Below are positions 26,116-35,642 of a DNA stretch of 64,000 nucleotides, piece by piece. Made by a program: the position numbers and the translations under genes. How positions within the stretch are numbered: the stretch's first letter is position 1; every line of letters begins with the position of its first letter. Under the pieces are notes generated by a model. The model had not been told where the DNA came from, ran no database searches, and saw nothing but the letters and a program-made list of their open reading frames with translations. Source of the DNA: Marsupella aquatica (Eukaryota > Plantae > Marchantiophyta); the NCBI GenBank assembly GCA_973895155.1, contig OZ316893.1, positions 27,153,252 to 27,217,251 of the forward strand, written 5' to 3'.

Positions 26116-27340
26116 CGCATGGTCTGTAACTTTGTGTCTTTCATGGGCAAAGGTTTAGGGTGCTACTTCATTGCAACAACATTGGAGCGACCAAGGTTGT
26201 GAGCGTTTAAGGAAGTGGGTGTGACCAAGGCTGTTTGAGCTGCGATGCTTGAGCGCCAATTCTTGTTCAGTCTCATTCGTGCTAGTTCTTGTTCAGTCTC
26301 ATTCTTGCTAGTTCTCGTTCAGTCTTGTTCATTGAGAGTTGTAACGCATTGTTCTTTCTTGGGCGGAGGTGTGTTGCAATACTAGAGCGGGCGACATTGG
26401 ATGGTCTTGACTCTTCTCAACTGAAGTGCGGGGTTTAGGGTGTCAACTCCTCTCAACTGATCTTTGGGCGGTGGGGGGTGCGGCTGGTGTTGACTCATCG
26501 GTGTGAGAGTCCCATGCAATGCTGTGTGGTGCTTCATTGTGCTTCATAGTGTCTCTTTGGCACTTCAGGTAGGACTATAAGTGCCATCGTAAGTACTTTG
26601 AATTCTCACTGTTATTGTAAAGGGCAACATCGCTCCTCTTGCGATGATCCCCAGCCCCCTAAGCACTTTAGGGCTTTTCTGTAAGGCCAACCTCTTTATA
26701 TGCTTCCCATCCTCTGAGGATGATTGAATGTTGGTTCAGTAGAATAGGCTCATAGTTTGGCTCTCTTGCTCAATTATCTCCTTGTTGTCACTTGCTCTTT
26801 GTGTCTCTCTCCAATTTGTTTATACTTTGTTTGTTCATCTTAACTCTCCATCTTCTCTCTCCTGCTCAATGCTTTCCTCAGCTCTGTTGGTCTCTCTGCC
26901 TCTCCTCTCTTCAAGAGTTCACTATTTGGTCGTCCTATTCTCCTCTCTTGCTCAATTCTCTCCTTTCTCTCTCTCGCTCTGTGTGTCTCACTCCGTCTTG
27001 CTCTTCCATCGTCTCCGCTCTCCATTGTCCTCTCTCTTGCACAATTCTCTCTCTCGCTCCTCAAGTACAAAAATCTCTCCCTCTCGTATGCATGCCCATT
27101 GATCACTATAGCAATCTCAGGTCGGGCCGGGATCGAACTTGGATTTCACTATGGAAGTGTAGATGGGATCATAGTATATTGTTGGCGCTTACATTCTACT
27201 TTGGTTGTGAAGCTTCAATTGCTCTAATGCTATACACTAGTATTCTAGTCTATGGAAGTGTTGTGCAAACTAAGGTGGGGTGCGGGGGGTTTTTCTTTGC
27301 CTCTAGTGAGCTGCAATTTCAATTGTAGAGTGCTTATTTT

Positions 27341-28252
27341 CTTCAGGCAGAAATTCCTGTGCGTCGTTATTTGTATGTGGAGACAGATGAGACAGCACGG
27401 AGGGTCTCATTGCGACATGTGGCTATGTTGGTGGATAGATATCCACAATTGCTGCTAGTGGATGTTGTTTGTGGTTATCAGCATGCACTACCTGTTGATA
27501 TTTCATTGTTGGGGGCGGATCATCTACATCGTGTTGGCCCCATTGATTTGGTGATTGCTGGTTGACCATGTCAGGGCCAATCTAGAGCTGGCGTTGGGCA
27601 TGGACTTCATGATCCACGCTCTGCATTATTTTGGGAGATGTTATGGGTGCTGCGTCATCTCTAGCTACATCAGACACAGTCTCCAACATACATTTTGGAG
27701 AATGTGCCATTGTTAGGTGATGATCGTAGTCGGATTGTTGCCAGTGTTCACCAGGTGAGGTCTTGGATTGGACCTGCTATGTTATTGGATACTACATGTG
27801 TGGATTCTCGTGCACATCGTCCACGCTTGTGGTGGACTAATTTGATCCCATGTGAGGTGCTGAAGCGCGCATTTGACAGCATTCCACGCTCACCCGCCTT
27901 AGTGGTGGATGCTATTTTGGATCTAGGGCGTCGTGCATAGGGTGTGACCCAACCTGATAGACCTCCATTGGCAATGGTCAATGCAGTTGGGCGCCCACGT
28001 TGTGCATTACCCACTCTTGTAAGCCACTCTACTTCATATGCATTCAGAGCAGGTGGCCCTGGACTTGTGTGGGACACAGCTCTCCAGCAGTTAGTGGAAC
28101 CTACTGCTGATGAGAGAGAGCGTGCTATGGGATTTTTGACTGGCACCACTGTAGTTGCCTCTGTGTCAGAGGGTTTGCGGCGCCAGGTTCTTGGTCAAGC
28201 AATGGATCTGAATTGTTTGACTTGGATTATCAGCTTGGGAGTAGCTGAATAG
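27341..28252 (+). pseudogene. DNMT3-like C5 cytosine methyltransferase domain of the Gypsy polyprotein (motif I lost, in-frame stops)
   Basis: One frame contains motif II YLYVE, motif IV DLVIAG*PCQGQSRAG...GLHDPRSALF, motif VI YILENV, motif VIII AHRPRLWWTNL, motif IX ERERAMGF and motif X RRQVLGQAMD. ORFs 27359, 27695, 27944 and the RT-proximal ORF 28508 all share this frame. Confidence 0.9.
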
Positions 28253-31200
28253 TTGCGGATGCGCTCTGCTGGAATTACTGATTGTCCCTTGGTGAGCTTG
28301 CGGTCCACTGAGACAGTACTGACCACAGTTGGGGGCGAGCAGATAGTCCATGGACCTATGGCAGGATTGGCCAAGGCTGGACAGATTGTTGAGCAGGAAG
28401 GGACTGCTCAATCTACTACTAAATAGCAATCATTGGCTATCTCTTCTACCCTACAAAGAGATATTAGGGATTTGGTGGAGAGTTGGGAACCATAGCTTGG
28501 CCTTAAGTTGACAGGGGAGGAGAGACGTTGCATGCATCGATTCCCGAAGAGTTACTGGAATTGTTTTGCATTTAGCATGAAGGATTTGGGGACATTAAAG
28601 GGTCCTGGTATTCAGATTGAATTGGCTAGTGATGCGCCAATCTTTCGTAGGCCATATCATTACAGTGACATGGAAAAGAGCTTTGATTCAAAGCATAACT
28701 CAAGATTTGTTGGAGGCTGGATTGGTGGAGATTTCATATGGGGAGTATGCATCTACCACAGTGATGCCAGCCAAGAAGGATGTGCATGGCAATTACACAG
28801 ATAGGCGCATGTGTGGTGATTACAAACCCATTAATCGCCAGACAAAATCTGATAGATATGCCATGCCCACACCTGAGGAGATCTTTGATGCTGTGGGACA
28901 TGCAAAGGTTTTCAGTTCATTGGATCTGAGGGTAGGGTACCATCAGCTTCCAATTAGGCATGCTGACTGGTCCAAGATAGTATTCTGGGGGATTGATTCT
29001 TATGGCAAAGATCGTTTGTATCAGTGGTATTCTTACCATTTGGGTTGAAGAATGCACCAGCTGAGTTCCAGAGAGTCATGGATCGAATCCTTGTAGGTTT
29101 GGATTTTGTCAGATGTTATATTGATGATATTTTGGTTTATTCTTCTATTGTGGAAGAACATCAGCAGCACTTGTAGATTGTGTTGGAGAGATTGAGAGCA
29201 CATGGGTTGAAGCTCCATCCTAGCAAGTGTAAGTTCTTCCAAGACCAAATTGAGTATTTGGGCCACGCTATATACCCAGGGGGATTGGGTGTACAGCAGA
29301 CTAAAGTGGAGGCCATTACACAGATTCCTTGTCCTACTGATGTGAGTAGAGTTCATGCATTCTTGGGATTGGCGAGCTACTAAAGGAGGTATGTTAAAGG
29401 ATTTAGCCAGCTTGCTAAACCTTTGACCATACTCACTAAGTTGGATCAGGAATGGATTTGGGATGATGACCAAGAGCATGCCTTTCAGGAGTTGAAGCAA
29501 AGGTTGGCACCATCCCCTATTTTGAGAAGACCCATTTCAGGCAGACCATTTCAACTACACACTGATTGGAGTGGAGTAGGACTTGGAGCAGTGCTGACTC
29601 AGAAGGATGATGAGGGGAATGAGTTTGTTGTGGCTTATGCCAGTAGATCAAACAATTCAGCAGAGGCTAAGTATAGCTCTTATGAGGGAGAGTGTTTGGC
29701 AGCAGTGACTGTGGGCTGTTGCACATTTTCGTTGCTACTTGTTTGGTAACCCCTTCACCTTGATCATTGATCATCAACCTCTTAAGTGGTTAATGGAGTT
29801 TGACAAGCTTACAGGGAAGCTTGCACGATGGGCGTTGTTACAGGAGTATGATTTCCAGGTGGTGCATAGGCCTGGAAAAGTGAACTTGGATGCAGATGGA
29901 TTAAACCGCAATCCATGTACCAGTCAGCAAGATGAGACTGGAGCCAGATGGCATGATGAGTCAGATAAGGAGATGGTGCCAGGATGGCATGCATCTGCCT
30001 TTCTTTGTTGGGTGCCAGCATATAGTGGATCCGTGGACTCTACCTCATTGGATGGAGTGAATGAGGAGTCTTCAGATGTGGATGTTGGTGAGGTAACTTC
30101 TGGACAACAAGATATTCACAATGATGTGAGAGTGTTGGAATATCTGCGTAGTGGTTCTATTGTTGGCAGTGTTGATGCCAAAGAACGTGACAGGGTCCTA
30201 CAGAGAGCCAAGAGGTTTCGATGGGAGGGAAACCATCTTTTGAGAGTATTGCATGATGGTAGGGTGTTGGTGGTACCAAAACCATCACAACAAGTACATT
30301 TGGTGCGACATGCACACGAGGAGTTGGGGCACTTTGGTGTGAAGCACACTTATAGCTTGCTACAGACACAGTATTGGTGGCATGGTATGCACATTCATGT
30401 CCAGCAGTTGATAGCTAAGTGTGTGGTATGTGATAGAGTGAGAGCATCATTTAATGCTCCCACTCCCCAGTTGCACCCGTTGCCGATCATGGGTTTGGGA
30501 TATCATTGGAGTTTGGATTTTGCTGGTCCATTACCTCTTACCCAACGTCATAATCGGTATGTTTTGGTCATGGTGGAGCACTTCTCCAAATGGATTGAGC
30601 TAGTGGGATTACCCGATAAAGCTAGTGGAGGAGTTGCTACTACATTTTTGGATTGTGTACTCAGTCATTTTGGAGCACCAGCTGAGGTGTTGACTGATCA
30701 GGGAACTGAGTTCCGTGGAGAGTTTGAGAGTTTGTGTGAACAAGCTCTGATTGATCATCGTACTACCTCTCGTGATCATCCTGAGGCAGATGGATTAGCT
30801 GAGAGAGTTGTGCAAACTGTGAAGAGAGGATTGCGTAAGTATGGCTTGCAGGTTAGTCATTTGGGAGATTGAGATCTCGAGCTACATTGGTTAGCTATGG
30901 GCTACCATTTCAGTCGGCAAGCATCACTTGCATCCTTCTCACCTTACTTTTTGCTCTATGGTAGAGAGCTAGATTTGCCAGCAGCTATTCGTCGTGATGC
31001 TGCACCAGTTGTGAACTTGGATGATCTTGATGTTTGGATCAAGGTGTGTTCAGAGAGAGCACGGGTATTTCAGAGAGTGATGCCCATGGATTTTGACAAC
31101 CTTGCCATTGCCCAACATCATGATACTTTGAGGTATGCCACTATTCGTGGAGGAGGTTACCGTGCAAGCATTCGACAATTTCATCCTGGTGATTATGTTT

Positions 31201-31412
31201 ATTTGCAGCAGACAGCACCCACAACACTTGATGTGACCGCAGGCCAGACAATCTTACGTGTCCGTGAAGTGTTGCCTTCTGGTGTCTTGATGTTGGAGGG
31301 ACGCGATGGTATGGTTTGGAAGGATCATGTGCGCAATTGTGCACCATGTCACCTTCCCAACATTGATGGTACAGTAGAGCCAAGCTTGGCACATGTTCGT
31401 GTTGGCTTGAAA

Positions 31413-31549
31413 TGTATATTGTGTGGATTTGCTCAGGGAGCAGCTACTATGTTGATTTGTGATAAGTGTTCTTGAGGATGGCACATGTCGTGTTTGACAC
31501 CACCATGCAGGTGATTCCTAGTGGATCATGGTTGTGTCCTCAGTGTCGG
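31413..31549 (+). pseudogene. PHD finger at the integrase C-terminus
   Basis: CILCGFAQGAATMLICDKCS*GWHMSCLTPP, then after a frameshift IPSGSWLCPQC: a C4HC3 pattern with the conserved Trp. Confidence 0.85.
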
Positions 31550-31727
31550 TGAAGCCGACTAGTTATCATTTGTGTTCTCTTGGCAGATATGGATTGCAGG
31601 TAGGTGATCAATGGGGCTCACTTGCACCCGGCCCCCTGATCTTCACACCTAAAAAGGTGTATATCAACCTTGTAGAACTCACGGCTAGCTAGAGTTAGGG
31701 GACCTTACTCCCAGCTAGGGGGGCAAT

Positions 31728-32334
31728 TGTGGGTTTTGGACATGTGTGGACATGAGTTCCACTTTTATTCCATTCTCTTGTGTTTGTGATTTGGCAGTGT
31801 GACTATGTCTGGATGTATGTGACAAGCGATGTATGTTGTGTAGCGATGTGTATGCGCACGACAGCTGTCACACCATTCTAGGTAGTGTTAGAGTGTATCG
31901 TACTATCTAGATCCGTATGTTTGGTATGTGTGCTCTATGAGCCAATAAGGTTCCGTCCGGTTTGTGTGAGAGGGTACTTCTCACTTGTGAGGCATTGAAA
32001 GGTCATCTTTCAATGTTGAGGCTTGGAGAGAGAGGAGCTTGAGTGGCTATGGTGGCTATGAGCTCCGCTTGTGTAACGTGCATTCCTTGAGTAGTGCAAG
32101 GTGCATTGGCTTGACATACGTGTGTGATCGGATTGGTGCGAGATCGATGGGGTATTGTTGACCGGGATCGTTGTGCCGATTGTTGAGGAGATTATTGTGG
32201 GTTTTGGACATGTGTGGACATGAGTTCCACTTTTATTCCATTCTCTTGTGTTTGTGATGTGGCAGTGTGACTATGTCTGGATGTATGTGACAAGCAATGT
32301 ATGTTGTGTAGTGATGTGTATGCGCACGACAACA
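31728..32334 (+). repeat. Gypsy 3' LTR region with an A-B-A internal direct repeat
   Basis: A block of about 136 bp, TGTGGGTTTTGGACATGTGTGG...GCGCACGACA, lies at 31728-31863 and 32196-32331 and flanks a core starting TGTCACACC at 31866. Confidence 0.85.
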
Positions 32335-32857
32335 TCCATATAGTGAGACCCCTAAGTGTTTTCCCTAGCTCTTTTGGCTTCCACCATGGCAAACAAGAAT
32401 TTTGATGGCTCATCCCCCTATCCAAGCTAATTAATCCTAGCAATACTCTTATTATGATGAGCTTCTTCTAGTTCCCTTTCTCTTACATTCTGTGACGTCG
32501 CCGGTACGGTGGCTAATAAATGATTCGGCCTAACCACGCTTAACACGCGCAGTAGAGGTATCTTAGGCCGTAATTATTAGCATAACGACAGTATTTAGGT
32601 AGCCATTATGAGTAGAAAATCATTAGTCAATAAGGGGCATTCATGTTCGGGCTGGTGGCGGGTTGCCATTCGCATGCCCGGGTTGCGAGCGTGTAATGGG
32701 CCCTCCCCTTTCCCCCTCGGGTCTGTATAACAAACTTTGGGAGGTGGCCACTGACACGCGCTGACCCAGACTGGTGGAGTGGCCGGTACACTGCAAGCGT
32801 GAAAGGCTCGGCATATAAGCGATGAGGAAGCGACGGGCGATCAATGAGCTCTCAGGG

Positions 32858-32870
32858 TATAAAAAGGGGG
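32858..32870 (+). promoter_or_regulatory. Candidate TATA box of element B
   Basis: TATAAAAAGGGGG about 370 bp inside the left end, followed by a CT-rich leader and an ATG at 32996. Confidence 0.5.
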
Positions 32871-32995
32871 TCGATCCTTTGCAGTGCACCAATTCTTCAG
32901 TCCACGCGCCAGCTTCGACCCTAGTTCTCTCGCTTATCTTTAGTCGCCTTCCATCTCCTTTGAATGTCGCACACGATCCTTTCCAGTTTGGCCAT

Positions 32996-35642
32996 ATGAT
33001 TCTGGACGCAGTTCCTGTCTATTGGAGGGCACTTGGCCGACTCGTTGAAACACGCCAACCCGTGACAATACGAGATTGAACGCGAGTACAAGAGAGCCAT
33101 CCGCCTAGCAGGCCTCCATCACTATCTCCTTAACTTTGATTACCCGTCCCAGAGCGAGCTTTACCAACCCGAAGAAATATCAGGGTACTTCTTCAACGGA
33201 GGCAAATATATCGGCTTCTGGGAGACATTGCTTTGGCTCCCGGACAAGGTCTTCAATATCCCGGGCACGATCGACTTACAACGGCACCACTTTGACCATA
33301 TCCCCGCTCGGGTCCAAGACATCATCAACAGCAAGTCCAGTGCTACCCGATCTACAAGGGCGTCTACACTTGCATCAGAAAACCTCTACCGGCACCTACA
33401 AAATTTCATGGCAACTACACCATCGATCACCGGTGCCAGCCCAGCCATGCTCGTACCCGCACCAGTCCAGGCTCAGGCTCAGTCTCAGCCTCAACCTCAA
33501 CCTCAACCTAGCCGATCCCCACCGCCGGTCGCCCCGCCAGTACAAGTACACTTCGTCGTCAACGTTGTGGACCTCAACGACGATGAAGACGATACCTTGC
33601 CCCTGCTCAGGCAGCCTAGAGGAGCAAGCACCCAGGGAGCCGGCACTACATTGGCCCTTCCCCAGACCCGGACTCGAGTAGCAGCTCCAGCGGATAACAC
33701 GGTGACCGTAGCCTCCCCGGCCCCAATACTAACGGCGGTGGCACTACCCATACCCGATTGGGAGGATGGGGAGGTGTCACCCTCCCCAAGCCATCACGGG
33801 AGCCAATCTCGGGGAAAGAAGAGGAAGGAACCCGCAGCTGTATCCGGGCTACCCATGGCCACGGTAGCCGCGGCCAAGGTAACAATGCACCGCATGGGGG
33901 AAAACGTGCATAAGAACATCCTCCACCCAAACATGCGGTGTACTTGAAGACTCGGGGGTTCGAGCACCTCGCCTCTCTCCCCTGGAACACCTACAGATAC
34001 TATAGGGAGGACATGACAAAGTTCATCAAGAATTATGACGACGTCCGTCAACATACTCGGCTGCGGGGAAGGAATATGTCCCTCATAGAGGAGCGGCTCA
34101 AGATGATCTTTGGGCTACCCGAGGGCGATCACCGAGTCGAATCACGGGCTCTCGGGGGCAAGGGAGCCAAGTACCAATCATTGAGTTTTCCCTCTGAGGG
34201 GTCAGTGGACAACGGGTTCGTGATGAGGACCTGCCTCATCCTCGAGATAGCTGAGCGGCTGGAGTTCCAGAGGTATGCCCTCCACATGATGGAACCCCGG
34301 GGCGAGATCTCCGCTGCCCAGGTTATCTAGGTTGAGACCTATCAACCTAGGAAGTGGGCTTTGTACTTCGCTAAGAAGTTCCATGAAGAGATGGAGCGGA
34401 AAAGGAAGTCGCTATACATCGGCAGGAAGACGTATTTCGCGAGCCACATCGAGATCATTCTCGAGTGGTACACCCGGTTTGATCAACAAACCCTTCCCCA
34501 GGTCAACGTAACTAAGTTGGTCCCGACTAAGTGGATCTTCCCGGCCTTGGAGAGACGGCCTCAACCCGAGGCCCAAAGTTTGGCGGCAACGCAAGCCCCA
34601 CCCATCCAACCTCCACAGGTAGCGATAGTCATGGCCGAAGAAGTACCAGAAGAGGCAGTGATCGCAACCTTAGACGCGATCAACCAGGTCAGGCCTGGTG
34701 CAGAAGTCGGGGCGGTGGAGGCCTTGCCCGAGCCTGAGGGTCCAGAAGACCCACTAGTGGCTATTCCACAGGACAGGCCGATGGTGGAGGAGGACACTCC
34801 AACCCCTTCCAACACTACATCCCCAGGGCTGGATGTCACTACCCCGGCTCCCACGCGAGTTAACGTCTGCCCGTGCCCAACTCCAGACGGGCATAACCTG
34901 GACCACTCGGAACTCTTCGTACCGGGTACATTTCTAAATGGGCTTTTGGGAGATTTCTCCCAACAAATAGCCTGGGATACCGAGGAGTCCATGGCTCGGA
35001 AGGTAGCCTACTTCTTCAATCAAGAGTTGGTTACCGCAGTAAAGGCAGATCAGGCTCAATCGGAGGCCCTTCAGCGGATAGAGCGGTACTGGGTTGAGTC
35101 CGTGTACCTAAAGGATGAAGTTGCGGCTCAAGAGGCGGAGCTTCTGCAACTACGACCCAAGGTTGCAGCCGCCGATGAGTTGTTAGCAAATGCGCATGCC
35201 CTTACCGCCTTAGCCGAATAGGCCAAAGCCGGGAAGGAGGCCAAGATTGCACGGCTTCGGACCCAGGTTGACGTACAATTTGAAGAACCAAACTGTCATC
35301 TGGCACAAAGACCTAGAGGAGGCCAAAGAGCGGGCCCAGCGTGACACTGCAGAGATTGCCACTTTGCAGGCCGAAGTGGCATGGCTTCAAGCCGAAGCCG
35401 AGAAACAGACCCAGGTGGTGGATAAGCTGAAGAGCAACGCCCAGCAACTGGAAGAGGCATACCAGGAGGCAGCTGAGGAGACGGACGCGGCAAAGCAAGA
35501 AAATGAATCTCTGCTGGACCAAGTCCAGCTCCTCAAGGCGGCAACGATAGACTCCGTAGGCAACGGGATGGCTGCTCCCACTCGGACGGCTCTGGCAAGC
35601 GCACCAGATATTAGCGGAGGGTTAGGCTTAAAATACACTTAG
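32996..35642 (+). pseudogene. Element B ORF: N-terminal domain, Pro/Gln-rich linker, PMD/plant-transposon-protein-like domain and coiled coil
   Basis: GFEHLASLPW...MTKFIKNYDDVRQHTRLRGRNMSLIEERLKMIFGLPEG...DNGF...EISAAQV parallels element A (LPW...FGLP.G...NGF...EIGKAQV). The C-terminal heptad-rich region spans about 35050-35540. Confidence 0.7.

Larger units (their letters stand above)
27341..32334 (+). mobile_element. 5'-truncated Ty3/Gypsy LTR retrotransposon with domain order DNMT-RT-RNaseH-INT-PHD, plus PPT and 3' LTR
   Basis: RT: RRMCGDYKPIN, SSLDLRVGYHQ, YIDD at about 29117. RNase H: FQLHTDWS, DHQPL. Integrase: HAHEELGH...CVVC, SLDFAG, LTDQG, AERVV. PPT AGGGGGG at about 31717-31723, followed by LTR sequence ending ...GACAACA at 32334. 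Many stops and frameshifts. Confidence 0.93.

Noticed and set aside
26640-26740. Minus-strand SPKVLRGLGII, resembling the L1 post-RT PK..GGLG motif
   Set aside because: Too short and unsupported by neighbouring motifs to assign as the missing LINE 3' part.
26782-27328. Leu/Ser-rich ORFs directly upstream of the DNMT domain, considered as gag or DNMT motif I
   Set aside because: This is CT-rich low-complexity sequence with no FxGxG, gag or protease motif. The Gypsy appears truncated at about 27340.
24674-32334. DIRS/Ngaro interpretation of the inverted and split direct repeats around the RT element
   Set aside because: The element has a DDE integrase and a PPT and no tyrosine recombinase, so it is a Gypsy.
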